NCBI GenBank assembly: GCA_965645245.1
Contig: OZ287078.1
Location: 1,364,001-1,428,000, forward strand
Direction of reading: 5' to 3'
DNA length: 64,000 nt
From: Massalongia carnosa
Lineage: Eukaryota
Below, piece after piece: positions 1 to 13,407 of this stretch (the first letter of the stretch is position 1; every line of letters starts with the position of its first letter). Position numbers and translations under genes: made by a program. The notes under the pieces were generated by a model. The model had not been told where the DNA came from, ran no database searches, and saw only the letters and a list, made by a program, of their open reading frames with translations.

Positions 1-884
1 GAGCGTTTATAGGGTTCCTCCCAACGTCAATTTTGAAGTTGATGATGTAGAGGCTGAGTGGACATATCATCAACCATTTGACTATATTCATTGTCGCTTT
101 ATGGGAAATGCCATCAAAGACTGGCCCCGTCTTGTCCGCCAAGTTTTCAAGTATGCTTTCCGAAAGCCAACCGCCTACAAAAATTTATTATATCCACGCT
201 AATCACGGACAATTATAAAATCTACAGAAACACGAAGTCAGGTGGCTATGCAGAATTTATAGATCTCGATCTAGAATGGACATCTCCTGATGGCTCTCTA
301 ACCGAAGACCATGCAAGCCTAAAGATCAACCGCGAATTCCTTAAAGCCTGCCGCACTGCCAACATGGAGCCTTGCCCTGGGCCCTTGTTGGAGGGCCATC
401 TCAAGAGCGCAGGCTTCAAAGAGGTGGTCGCTCAAAAATACGTTTGGCCGGTGGGGACTTGGCCTGCTGATAGACATCTTGTAAGCCAATCAACTCATCC
501 ATCTTCACCCTTGATATCACTCGACTAGCACCCGCTTTGAAACTCCAGACCATTGAGCTCATGAGACCACTTGACTAACCACTCGTTCCTATCCAATAGA
601 AAGAAGTCGGCTCATGGAACTACCTTCAGATCATGGAAGGCCTCGAAGCATTCACATACGCGCTCTTCACCCGGCACCTGGACTACTCGATCAAGGAGGT
701 CGAGGTCATCTGCGCCAATATCCGGCGTGAGATGAGGGATCCGAAGATGCATGCTATGTTCCACCTGTGCGTGTCCCTCGCTCCATTTCTCCTTCATCTT
801 CTCCCTCCTATTCAACCTTTAAACTAGTTCCTCTTGCTAATTCGTCGTGAAAATAGTTATGTTGCGTATGGAAAGAAAGGCTAG
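1..884 (+). CDS. Class I SAM-dependent methyltransferase (TAM/UMTA/LaeA-like family), 5'-partial, multi-exon
   Basis: Exons ~13-150 (VPPNVNFEVDDVEAEWTYHQPFDYIHCRFM..IKDWPRL), 228-480 (GGYAEFIDLD..WPVGTWP), 600-766 (EGLEAFTYALFTRHL), 857-884 (YVAYGKKG*). GT-AG introns; motifs typical of fungal Methyltransf_23 proteins. Confidence 0.85.
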
Positions 885-2061
885 GAGACGGATTAGTAAA
901 GGTCTTACTAAGGGGCAAAGAGAGGATTTGTGACCCGTCCGTTAAGGGGGAATGAGGAGCGACAAGAACATTAAGATGATAAATTGTCTATGGATCGACA
1001 ACGATGTTGATGATGATGATGGCTTGGAAAAACTTTCTTATACCTACCTATTTACCTTTGTCTGTGTGGATGAGTGCATCTCGAATCTACGCTTTTTAGC
1101 TATATATTTTGGCTAACATCCACTCTCCGAGCACATACATAACCTTTGTCATTGAAGTTCCCACAACCGCCCCCCCCCCCAAGTCCGCCACCATCTCAGT
1201 CCACCTCAATCCTCCACCCACCACGCCCATATCCCTTCCCTCCCTTCCTCCCCGTCTCCCTCCTACCCAAATCCCAACCTACAGCTCCCTCCGCACACCC
1301 CTCTCTCCCTACGCTTCGCGCTAGACCAATCACGTGAACAAGGCCCAACCAAATAAGCGCCCATGAATGACGAATGGGACGAATGGAATTGATCATCAAC
1401 CATCCACTCTATTCCGTTCCGTTCCCATCTGCTTTGGGTAGGTAGGAAAGGGAAATGGGGGTGGGACATACTTCTCTTAGGGAGGGTGGGACGCAGGCAG
1501 ATAGATGGCTGAGGAAGAGCGGGGAGGGGTTTGTGCAGTTGACCAATATAGGTAGATGAATCCAAGGAACGAGAATGGGATGGGATGGGATGGGATGGGA
1601 TTCTGCGGGGACGGGTTCCTGCATTCCCAATTGGCTTCGAGAAAGTAGAGAGATACCTATCTAGGCACGAACGGGGGTAAAATAGAGCAGGCAATGAGGG
1701 AAATGAGCGAGAGAAAGGTAGATATGATCTAGCAAAACCAAATAAATACTTGGGTAATGGTGTCGTCTAACGCCTGTTAACCGTAATATTTCCAACGAAG
1801 CTTCCGCTCGAGGATGGATGGTGAGCTCAAGTCCCTGATGAGCCGCTTGCCCATAATGGCTGGCGGAGGCCTCGATATGCGAAGACCTTTCATACTGCTG
1901 ATAAGATGAAACAACGGCTTGTGCCTTCCTTAATGTATGCCCGGAACCTATCCATGCTTCCCTTCCTGTGAGTTATGCGCTAGACCAAAATCTTCGCTTT
2001 CTCTAATAATGCTCAATAGCTAGAAGCAGAACGAAGACGGAGCTCCTAAAAGGAAAATCAT

Positions 2062-2824
2062 TTAAATACCCTCCTCACCCTTCTCCACAACTGGCTTCGC
2101 AGTCTTGGCTTCTATTTTGGAGAAGAGGGATTGCGGTTTCGCCCTAGGTGGTTGAGTCTTTGGATTAGCATTGGCAATCTTTGTCTTCCCCGGTTGGTGT
2201 GAAACGGACGTGGAGTGAGAAAAAGAGAGAAGGCAAGGGAAAACGGGGAGCGAAAGGGAAGCGAAGGGGCAGAAGAGGAAGAGCAGGAAATGGGGGAAGA
2301 CTAAAGCATACTTTAGGAAATGCTTGCTCTTGTAGGCGGAGAGCTTGGCTGTGCAGGGGGACATTATGGTATCGGAAGGGGAGACGTAGGTTGGGGTTTT
2401 GGACCTATTGGGCAGATGATTAACTTTGATTTTGATAAGGCTTGAATGGAATGAGGGGACGAAGATTAAGGGAACGTTATGTAAAGGAAACGGGCGTAGG
2501 AATTTGGGGTAGAGAGCCTGTCCTAGCGCCTCCCCCATCTCCTTCACCTTTCCTTTCCAACCCTCAACCTTTCTCTAAAGAAACTGCTCCTTTCGCAAAG
2601 AATACTTACTTCTCAGCCTCCAATCGTGACTGCAGCACCTGCCGATGATACTCCATGCTCTTCGGCTTCTCATCTCTCAAGCTCCGGTCTTTGTCCTCTT
2701 CATTGAAGCTCTTCTCCTCCTCCATCTTGCTTGTTTTCATTGGGAACAGTGGTTTCATAGCTTTTGTGGGCGAGAGGTTCACGTCGCGTGATAAGAGCAC
2801 AGTGGGGTGATTGGAGGTGGACAT
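2062..2824 (-). CDS. SPO12: Spo12-family mitotic/meiotic exit regulator, 3 exons
   Basis: Exons ~2824-2610, 2404-2312, 2143-2062; hallmark YVSPSDTIMSPCTAKLSAYK motif preceded by KSMEYHRQVLQSRL. Confidence 0.85.
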
Positions 2825-3022
2825 AGTTGGTTTGGAGTGTGTTTAGTCGTAAGGTATCGCTTGAACAAAGTGCGGGCGAATGTAGAAGACTTTTTTCAAA
2901 GGAGCGCAGGACAAATAGAGAAGTTAGAATAATGGAATGAATTCAAGTTGGAATTGAGGAAGGACGTAGAGAGCTTTGAATGTTTATATTTTGAGTTGCA
3001 TGGTGCAACTAACTACATGTAT

Positions 3023-3031
3023 GTAAACAAA
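3023..3031. promoter_or_regulatory. Forkhead-type site GTAAACAAA upstream of SPO12
   Basis: Exact GTAAACA core about 200 bp upstream of the SPO12 ATG; a second TGTTTAT at ~2981. Confidence 0.4.
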
Positions 3032-3433
3032 GCTTAGGGCGGTGTTTTCCTCCACAACAATCCTCGGAGTCATAGCTATCATCTCTTGAATAACGAAGAT
3101 TAGAGTAGTTGATTTGTCATTGGCTAGTGCTTCTGGTCTATCTGGTATCTAACTCTCCTCACTTAGCTATTTTAGGCCCGCTAACTAGTTCTTCTAAATG
3201 TTTATTGGCTGTCTGCCTTACAATAGTACCGTTTCGGACTCAAAGCCTATTTCTTCATGAGACGAAATGGACGGCTCATGGCAAGCATACCAGAGAAAGG
3301 TGCATCGGGGTTTGAATGTACTCCGTATGACTTACTTATATATCTAAAACTCGTTTCCCATCTCATTCGTTTTGCGTTTAGAAAAACCAGGTACAAAGTG
3401 CTCTGTACTATCTTACTCGTCTCCTCTCGCATC

Positions 3434-4224
3434 ATGGTTTTGCTTTCTGCTCTGATAGTCTTATCTGGGTTCGGGATTGTTGGAATCCACTTCTCCTATG
3501 CGTTATCAGTTGCCAAAGACGTAGGCACAAACGCAGATTCCCACACCGGTTTCGAGATCTCAGGTGTGGATAGTCCGGCCGATACTTTTCTAGCGTCGTC
3601 TTTTCCTTATGACAGTATCTCTGCAACATCAGGCGCAGATCAAACATTCACACAAGAGGAAGTTTCAACGGGTTCAGATGCAAGTTTAGATCCTCCCGAT
3701 GTTCAAAGTCCGGAGCTTTCAAGTCAAGACACCGCATCTGGTTCGTCGACTACAGAATACATGAAACCAGGTTTGGTCATCACCTCAAAACACTGTTCCC
3801 TACTATCAGGTAGGAGTCAATGGGCCAAAAGAGCTCAAAAGGGTGTATGCGAATGTATGTCACCGTCCGAGGTCTGTCCTAGTGAACAGCGTACACCTGT
3901 CTGTTGCTACGGCAATTTTCGTAATCCGAATTACATTGATACGTGTATTCAATGTAAGCTGTCTGTGTTTTGTTTCATTTTTTTTCAAACCCGTTGATTT
4001 AATCATTGGTAGACACTCTAGCCGACTTTAGCTGTTATAATGACATATGCAACGATCCGAGATGGGTCTTTTGCTGCCGATCTTTCGTTCTTTATCGAAG
4101 ATACACGGGAGAGGTAAGTCTTTGAATCATTTCTTGAAAAGAATTAACTCTAATGGTTTTTAAGAAACGTTATGGGAGTGGAAGAAGTTGCAAACGCACC
4201 GATCTTGTACAAGATCAGTGGTAA
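3434..4224 (+). CDS. Secreted Cys-rich protein of unknown function (hydrophobin-like Cys spacing), 3 exons
   Basis: Hydrophobic signal-like N-terminus MVLLSALIVLSGFGIVGIHFSYA, Ser/Thr/Asp-rich linker, KR site. Introns 3954-4012 (GTAAGC..AG) and 4114-4164 (GTAAGT..AG) keep the frame to TAA at 4222-4224; two CC doublets. Confidence 0.7.
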
Positions 4225-5315
4225 ACTCGTTTATGCTCTGTATCGCGGGGCTCCTAATTAGGATTTGAATGGCTAAAATTCCTACACGCCCATTTATTCT
4301 CTAGGGATGATAAAACCGTTGAATCTGGGGCTTGGCCAAGAAGAAACCTGCATTGCTCAAGTCCTTATAGAGCTCAAAGACTCAACCGCGTCTCTCTTGT
4401 TTCCTCTAAACCCTTGCCTTATTTGTTCCTTAGACCCTGAGGAAAGCGCATTATATCTGAAATCTAAGAAAAGACGAATGCACGCCCAATTCTCCCACGT
4501 ATTTTTGGAAACAATTGCACACCGCTTGGTTCTGTTTGTTGCCTTCTGCTTAAAAATTATCTACTGATATAGGATTAGCTATGAAAAGAGACAAGAGACA
4601 CTGCTAACCAATAGGCTCACTAGTCAACGGGACTGATTCCGGTACTCCTAACCCTACCATTAGGGAGCACGGAGATACCTGAACAACAAGCACGAATTTT
4701 ATAAGGTTGCCGAATACCCAAAGAGAAGTCCTCGATATAAACGTTTCTTCCTGTGATCCACATTTATACCCAAAAACAAGAGCTTGGCGAACCAGTATCT
4801 ACCCCCTAAAATGACTTGTCCATCCATCCATCCACCCACCATATCATCATCCATCATCACCATCCCCCAGTTCTCCATTCTAAGTTCCTGGATCTGAGGT
4901 TAGGTAGTGTTTAACCACTCCGGGCTTCCACCACGGCACTATTAATAACAAAGTCCTCCCCTACCCTCGGTTAGCTAGCATGCGGTGCGAAAAAAAGTTG
5001 ACATACCAAAATCAGGACTTTATTAAGATATTCACTTGCTTTTGTCCAGTTTCGATAGGAAGATGCTGAAGATTGGTGATCGGGGCTGGAGCTGCGGCTC
5101 TAGGAGGGGGCGAGTATGGGTAGGGTGGGTAGGTATTCGACTGCTACATAGGAGGGATGGGGAAGGGGAGGGTAGGGGGGGAAGGATGATGATGAGCAAT
5201 ATGGGTACTAGCGATGGATGGGAAAGGGAAATCATGAAATTAGTTTAAAATCAACAAAGGGGGAAGATAGTAAGATATGCGTTCAACGTCTCTTCGTTAG
5301 GAAAGCTCCCGATCC

Positions 5316-6885
5316 CTATAACCGTGATTTTAGCTGTACCTGATATCGTTTTAACAACCTTTCCACCTCCTCCGTCTGCTTCTGCAACTTCTCCCGAATC
5401 TCCCTCGCCCGCTTATTCTCATTCCGGCCCATCTGCTGTAGATGCACCTCGTCCGGCCCGTCCGCGATCCTCAGCGTCCGAATGCCTGCCCACATGCTCG
5501 CAAGCGGGGTATCCTGGCACACGCCCGCCGCCCCAAAACTCTGCACCGCGCGATCGATCACCGTCAGTGCAATCTGCGGCACCAGGATTTTTGCCTCGGC
5601 GATCTCCTTCAGCGCGCCTTTGGCGTCCGACTCGTCGATCTTGATGGCCGCGTTTAGCACCACAAGGCGCCCGGCGTCAATTTCCAGTCGCGATTTGGCG
5701 ATCCATTCGGTGATGACGCTGTGCTCACTGAGTTGCTTGCCGAAGGTCTTTTTGTGCGGGTCGTTGACGCGTGCAATCATCCATTCCAAAGCCCGTTCCG
5801 CGGCCCCGATGGAGCGCATGGCATGGTGAATCCGTCCGGGTCCTAAGCGGCCCTGGATAATCTCAAACCCGCGGCCTTCGCCGAAAACGATGTTCGAGTC
5901 AGGAACGCGAACGTTGTCGAACTTAATCTGTGCATGGCCGTGTGGGGCATCGTCGTAGCCGTAGACAGAGAGGAGTCGTTGAACGGTAACGCCAGCGGTG
6001 CCAGCCGGCACGAGGATGACCGATTGCTGCTTGTAGGGGTCTTCATGGTTTGGGTTAGTTTTGCCCATGACAATGTAGACTTTGCATCTAGGGTCGCCTG
6101 CGCCGCTGCTCCACCATTTCTGTTGCTTGGTTAGCTGTGTTCCGAGGGAGAGAGTAGTTTGGGGCTCGGTACTGAGCCATTAAGAGCGAAATAGTGGCCT
6201 TCTCTCGTCATAGTTAACGTAATGTTCGTAGCATCACTTGACGCAACATCCGGCTCCGTCATTAGGAAAGCAGATCTGATTTTGCCGTCCAACAAGGGAG
6301 TTAGCCATTCCCTTTTCTGTACATCATTCCCATATTTTGCCAGCACCTCCATATTCCCTGTATCTGGAGCTGCGCAATTGGTAGCCTACTCGAGTTTTCC
6401 TTTAGCGACTCGTATCCTTGTGCAAGCCTCTATTTTCCTTGGGGGTTCACCTCCGATGCAGTTCTTGACTTCCCCAAATACTCTGCCATTAAGCCATACT
6501 CCAAGTTTGAAAATCCCGCGCCTTCCCTGAAATGGTTTTTCGGTAAAAAAAGATTCCACAGCCCCAGCTTTTTAGCCCTGTCTTTCAGATCATCGATGAC
6601 GGACGGATACGTGCTCCATCTCTTATCGCCCTCTCCTAATTGAGAGTAGAAGACGGTGTCTGCGGGTATGCATTCTTCCTCAACGAATTTTTCTACCTAT
6701 ATATTCGTTTAAGCCAATTAGTTCCACGTTCAAGAAGCGAAAGCATAGAGAAGGATTACAAGGTTAAGCGTCTCCCGAGCTTTTTCGCTGACAGCATGTC
6801 TTGCAATTATGGGGATCTTTTCGAAGGCCGTCTGGGGTTTTTTGCTCTTGGCGAGAAGGCTTTGGCTAAAGTCACTTCGTGACAT
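5316..6885 (-). CDS. Acyl-CoA dehydrogenase (ACAD11/IBR3-like), peroxisomal, multi-exon
   Basis: Motifs [59 protein letters not shown]-terminal PTS1 SRL. Confidence 0.92.
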
Positions 6886-7206
6886 CTTGCACGTCTGGCA
6901 CACTGCCAAATCTGTAGAGTCAAGTCGTCCGCGCAAACGGTTCTTACAGCAACTTTGTTGAATTTTACAATACAAATAGGGTGAAAGGATGGAAATTATG
7001 TACCTCGGCTCGCAATAGGCGGATATGTACGGAGATAAGAGTGGCGGAGTGGATGAACAGCGTGAGATCGAATATCGCAGAGGGGATTTCTGCTTCTTGC
7101 TCTGGCTTGGGGTATTTCACTTGCTAGAAGGATGGCAACACTTGTTGATAAAAAACTCATGATACGCCGATGCAATGCAGCTAGAATTTTTAAAAGCAAA
7201 TGCCGC

Positions 7207-9234
7207 TTACACTTCATCCGCCGAGAACTTGATTTTCTTCCTCCCCTTGAAATGTTTCTTCCCGTTGATCAATCTCAGCTCCGCAGGATCTATGTTCTTT
7301 TCCAGCGCTATCATTGTTCGCTGCTTTCGTCCTGATAATTTCTTCCGAGCTGCGGCGCCTTGCTCGCTACATGGATGATTGAACGGCATACTTAGATGAC
7401 CACCATTGCCTTGCCCTGGCCCAAAAAATCGTCGATCAAGCCGTGATGACTTCTCACCTTCCACGATAGGTGCAGGTATTGACTCGGAGTCATTGATTAA
7501 AGACGGATCTTCTGAACTAGTCACAGGAGCTTCGGCTTGTGCTGCAAGAATCGCTCGTCGTTTTTGTGGGAGGTGCTCTAAGTCGTATAGTTCACGGTTG
7601 AACTCATGGGGATTGATGGGAGGGTCTTTTGGAGGTGGGTGGCAATACAGTAATTTACCGTTGACATAGTCCTTAAGGATGTATCGTGCTGCTCTGGACT
7701 CGTCGGGCTGACCCTGCCCTGTCTTGGTAAAACCCCTTGCTAGAGCATAGGCGATTAAAATTTCTTCCGCTGTGGGTATTCCTATACCACCTTCTTCTAA
7801 AGGCCGAGTATAAACTTTGATACCATATAGCGCTTCGAAGAATGACTGAGGAATGCGTCGAGCGACAAGACCTGCAGGCCCGGTGAACTCCCGGAGCTGA
7901 TCAATAGGTAAAATCCCATTACAAACAAGCTCGGCTTTTGTCGTAGCAAAATTGGGAAAGACGAGGCCAGGGCAATCACATAGGATTACATCTGGGCTGA
8001 GATGGATGGTTTGAAAGTGCTTGGTCTTTCCTGGTGTTGAAGAGACCGAAACCTTCTTGGCGCCAATCAATGCATTAATAGTTGATGATTTCCCTACATT
8101 TGGATAGCCCACTAAACCGATTTGAGTCTTTCGCGGATGCTTTGGATCCGAGCTATCTACTTCGGGTGCATTTTCCAGAAAAAGTGCCTCAAGTTCATCG
8201 ACTGTCAAGATCCTCGTTCGCTGGTCCACGTCTTCGTCCAGATGCTCTTCAGTGACCCATTGTTCTTGATCATCCACATCTTCTTGTAGATCAAGCCTTT
8301 TTGCCTCTTCCGTAAGTCTATCTCTTTCATCGACTACCTCTGCGGCATTGTCTTTTGTGGGGACAGGCTCGTCCGCAACAGAATCTTCGTCAAGGTGAAG
8401 CGCCTCGGTCAGAGCCTTTGCCAACGAGGCGGAGAAAAACTTGTAGTTGATTCTGGCGCTTTCAAAGTAGTCCGCCCATAACTCCCTTTGCGCAAGAGTC
8501 ATCATATCTGCCTTGTTCACTAAGAGAAGGTTATTTTTCTTTGGATTTACCTCCTTGACATATTTTTCTAGATCTTCAGATCTGAAAAGCAATGGATTCC
8601 TTGCATCCACAATCTGCACCACCAAGTCCGACCTCTCGATAACTCGCCACAACTGCCTCCAAACCTCGAGATTCCTTTCAAATGGAGTCATTAAGAGATC
8701 ATCGGTTTCTTGTAGCTCAGCTAATCCTCTCCTCCATTCCAGTAAGCTAGCTCTTTCCAATCTGTCTAGTTCCTGGGGCGTAGTTTTCTCGTCCCATGGA
8801 GGTCGTCTAGGGACAGTTAAACGATCATTTCTTGCGGCTTGCTTCTTAACTGCAGATCGCTCTTCGGTTGCCGACAAAAGATAGGGGTTTCTTTGATCTG
8901 TATATATAATTTTGACGTTGTTCATCTTCTCCGCCGTAAAGTCCGTCCCCGCCAACTCCGCGGTACTCAGGAATTCGTCCAGAGCAGCTTGCTCAGTGAC
9001 GCTGCGCATTTTGACCCATGCGGCTTCTTTTGGGACGCTTGTAACGTACTGATTTTCTTGTCAGAATACTGATATAGGCTTTCGAAAGGTGAGGCAAACG
9101 GTTTGACCAGTCTGGTCTGTCCTATGGATCCCCGCCGATACCTTCTTTCGATCTGCGCCTTTACCTCGACCGAAACGGTCATTCATGAGGCTGTTGCCTA
9201 AGCCTACTGTGTTCTTCGACTTTGCTAAAACCAT
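7207..9234 (-). CDS. LSG1: Large-subunit GTPase 1 (circularly permuted GTPase, 60S maturation)
   Basis: MVLAKSKNTVGLGNSLMNDRF start; one intron ~9099-9049; TPFERNLEVWRQLWRV, NKAD, GYPNVGKSS, TPGKTKHFQT, DCPGL in G4-G1-G2-G3 order. Confidence 0.95.
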
Positions 9235-9595
9235 ATTTGCGAGCGATAGTAGCTTCTTAGTGTATTTCTCTGCAAAACTGTGTCGAAGCTGGGAGCCTCT
9301 TAAAATATATCGGTCAAAGGTGCTCTCGATTGGAAATTACTCGGTCATGCAGAAAGACCAGAGGATTTCGATTTGTAAAAGTTGTGTTGACTCTGAATTT
9401 GCAGGATAGAAAGTTACTCAATAACATTGCCGCTGGAAAGTGCTTTAAGAATCCGGTGGTGACCTGCAGGGAGCGTCATTCCTCGCCTAATTTTCGTGAT
9501 ACATAAACTCATCAGCCGAAAAAAAATCACAGCAATTTCCCACAAAACGCTTTGAACCGATTCATCGATTACTTTCGTCAAATATATCAAGCAAA

Positions 9596-10971
9596 ATGCC
9601 ACCCAAGAGATGGATGTAAGAGTTGAAACATATAATTAATTTTCCTTCGCCCACACTTACTAAGTCCAATGTAGTGACAAATCCACATCCACGACATACG
9701 CCCTTGTGCACCGTCAGCAGAACGACCCAAAAATCTATGATGATGACTCTAGTTCCATGGTTTTCCAGGAGTTGGCACCTTCAAGGTCTGACAAAGCCAA
9801 AAACCGCGGCGACCTTGAGTCGGAGTTGTTTGGCGAATCTGAAGACAGGAAGATATTCTCTCATTTGAGAGACAATGAAGGAGAGGCTGCGGAGTACGGG
9901 GTTTACTTTGATGATTCCGAGTATAACTATATGCAACATATGCGCGATTTGAACAGTGAGAGCGGCGAGGGGGAAAGCTTTTTTGTGGAAGCTCCCGTGA
10001 TGAGGAAGGAGCGAAAAGGAAAGGGGAGGGCTAAGTTGGAAGATGCTTTGAGAGATGCTTCATTAGAGGATAGGGCACATGACGATGTGCCAACAAAATG
10101 TGGTTCAAGGCTGCTAGAGAATGATATTTTGCCATCAAAGAGTTTAAGGAAAAGCACCTACCAGGACCAGCAGAACGTACCAGATGCGCTTGCTGGATTC
10201 CAACCAGATATGGATCCAAGATTAAGAGAGGTGCTTGAAGCACTGGATGATGAAGCCTATGTAGAGGATGAGGATGATATTTTTGGGGAGTTGACAAAGG
10301 GAGGAACGGAAGTTAGTTTGGCAGAGTTTGAGGAATTAGGAATTAACTTGGAGGACGGCAAAGCTGAAGACGATGGGTGGGAAACAGATGACACTGCAAA
10401 GCCAGCCAAAGAATACAGGAACTCAAGCTTGTCACGAAGCCCAGATACCACAGATGTCTATATGAAAGACGGTGTTGATCAAGGAGATGGCAATTGGATG
10501 AAAGAGTATTCTAAATTCAAGAAAGCCGAAAATTCCAAAGCCAATAAACCACAAGTTTCAAACCCTGAAGTACAGTCCTCCATCCTGACAGGTACCTCAA
10601 TGACTGGAGGTCGCCGCAAGAGGAGAAAGGGGGCTATGACTTCCAGCACAGGATACTCGATGACAAGCTCATCGTTACTCCGTACCGAAGGTCTGACGTT
10701 GTTAGATGCGTGCTTTGATAAGATCGAAGAGGATTACGCCGACGAGGATATGGAAGATGAGGACGGAAGTGTTTCGGTCATGACAGGAAGCTCAATAAAT
10801 TCAGGCCAAGCGCTGGCCCTCAGGTCGGATTTCGATAGCATCATGGACGAGTTCTTGGACGGGTATTCGATGAGTGGGAGGAAGAGAATCAAGAAAGGAA
10901 AGAATCAGAGCGGGATGGAGCAACTTGATGAGATCCGCAAGGGACTTGGTCTAGCAAAGTTACGGGTGTAG
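9596..10971 (+). CDS. LTV1: Low temperature viability protein, 40S biogenesis factor
   Basis: MPPKRWI-intron-DKSTSTTYALVHRQQNDP; EGEAAEYGVYFDDSEYNYMQHMRDL; GFQPDMDPRLREVLEALDDE; YSMTSSSL. Confidence 0.9.
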
Positions 10972-11332
10972 GTATCTTGGGATAAGAGTGGGAGCGTCAG
11001 GGGCGGAGGTTTGTATTGCATGTTTGGCGCTGGTGCTTTGCTGTGAGGAGATATATACCCTGGTGCGTGTCGAGTTTTTCATAGACACGGCATTGACAAT
11101 ACGACAAGGAGAGTTTAAGCTAACTCCGAATCCAATTTTCATCCAGAAAAATCCCCTTAATCGTACGTTCGATGCAAAGATAGGTGGTAAATAGATGAAC
11201 TGGAGGACGGCGAGGTCGCTCGGATTCCGGAGATTGGGCCGCTTAGAACACCGAAACAATCACCCCACCATGCATTCTTCAATATTTCCTTTTACAAATC
11301 ATTCATCGCCATAAACGAACAAACTCATCTTC

Positions 11333-13084
11333 ATGATGGCGCCCAACACAGAATACAAGCTGCTATGCTTAGGAAACCCTCTCCTTGGTAAGAGTTCTCC
11401 ATGGTAGCAAAATAGGTACAAATTGCTGACTTGAACCGCGATGAAGACATTCAAGCCCAGGGGTAAGTCTATGCAAGCCAACGTCCCTCCAAGCCGGATA
11501 GAACAAATCTAATTGACTGACGCCCTTTACTAGAGATGAAGCTTTACTTTCAAAGTATGGTCTCAAACCCAACGACGCCATCCTGGCCGAAGATAAGCAC
11601 ATGGATCTTTACGAAGACCTTCTCCAGAACTACAACGCCAAACTTATTGCTGGCGGCGCTGCTCAAAACACCGCTCGAGGCGCTCAGGTACCTAAATATC
11701 CTCTCCCTTCATCCATTCAGTTACTCCACTTTCAAACGCCCCATGCCTCTCAAGTCTCGTCCAACCAAAATCTACTCAACCTACAGCTCACCCTGTTTCT
11801 CTTAAAAGTACATCCTCCCCCCATCCAGCGTCCTCTACATCGGCTGCGTCGGTTCCGACAAATACGCCTCCATCCTCCGTGACACCTGCAGCGCTGCCGG
11901 CCTCCACGTTGAATACCGTGTCGACCCCACCATCCCCACCGGCCGCTGCGGCGTCATCATCACTGGCCATTCACGCAGTCTGTGCACGCACCTGGCCGCC
12001 GCGAACGAGTATAAGCTGGAGCACCTCCAATCCCCCGAGATCTGGGCCCTCGTCCAGCAAGTATCCGTCTACTTCATCGGCGGTTACCATTTAACTGTGT
12101 GTGTGCTCGCCGCGCTGGCGCTGGCCGAGGAGGCTGCCGCCAAGAATAAAGTCTTCATCCTCAGCCTTAGCGCGCCCTTCATCCCGCAGTTCTTTAAGGA
12201 GCAGCTGGACCAAACAGCGCCGTATTGGGACTTTGTCATTGGCAACGAGACCGAGGCGCGTAGCTACGCCAACGCTCACGCTCTGGGTACGCAGGACGTA
12301 AGGGAGATCGCACGACATATGGCAGCGCTACCGAAGAAGAACGAAAAGCGCAAGCGCACGGTGGTGATTACGCAGGGGACGGACCCGACTGTAGTAGTAG
12401 TGCAGGGGGAGGACAAGGTGAGGGAGTATGCGGTTAGAGAAATTGGTCAGGAGCAGATTACAGACACGAATGGTGCTGGGTAAGTTTGTTCATCTCACTA
12501 ATCTCGGAAAATGGAAAGCGGAAGAACGACCTCTTCTCCGAGGGATCGATGGTCTCCGTCATGATGTGCGGACCGCAGAACTAACAGAATTCCTACAAAT
12601 AGGGATGCCTTCGCCGGCGGTTTTGTAGCTGGCATTGTTGAGAGCAAGTCGCTTGACGAATCTGTCGATCAAGGCCACTGGCTCGCGAAGCTGAGCATTC
12701 AGGAGCCAGGACCACAGTATGTAAAGATTTCCTTGTCTTTCAACTCTGATTTATTGGATCGAAAAGAAAGCCAGAATTTTCTTCCCCTCCTCACTTTCCC
12801 ATTTCAACAAACCTACAAATTATCTTCAGGAAGGAAACCACCTTATCCACCGTCCATCCCGATTCACTTGTCTCCGTAGCTTCAATATGATCTCACGATA
12901 CGATCTCACCACCCAATGGCCGTTATTGAGAAAAGAAAACTTCCCAACACCGCATTCTCCACCCCCACTTCATCTCCTTAAAAAAAATTTGATTGGTCCA
13001 CTGACCTTCCCCACCAGATACCCCTTCCCCAAACACATCTACCACCCCTCCTCCACATCCCAACCACAATCCAGCTCTACCTAG
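11333..13084 (+). CDS. ADO1: Adenosine kinase (PfkB family), multi-exon
   Basis: LLCLGNPLLD, AGGAAQNTARGAQ, PTGRCGVII, LSAPFIPQFFK, GNETEA, DTNGAGDAFAGG; last exon 13018-13084 YPFPKH. Confidence 0.93.
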
Positions 13085-13407
13085 ATCCTCGCATATCAGC
13101 CATCACAGCTGCAAAATGTTGGCGTTCTTCCTCCGGGTTTCAACAACTACCACGAAAAGCGCTATAGACGGATTTTCTCATTCTGTACGGTGCTTGTTCT
13201 TTTCAGGTGATGATACCACGATCCTCCACGATCGAATGTCTCATGAAGCTAGTTAGCATGTTGTAGAGCATAGATGAACGAGGTTTTTGTTCACGGTTGT
13301 TTGCTAGGTTTGGTGGACGGAACCTTGAAGCTATGGGAATGCGTGGAGAGGACTAAAAGCCACGGTAACTTTTAAATTTTGTAAACGGAGAAGCAAAATC
13401 TTCAGTC

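Noticed and set aside
1830..1915. CTGATGAG followed by a short stem, resembling a hammerhead ribozyme core or C/D snoRNA box
   Set aside because: No GAAA directly after stem II, no consistent stems I/III, and no convincing terminal stem or guide; it lies in the probable SPO12 3' flank.
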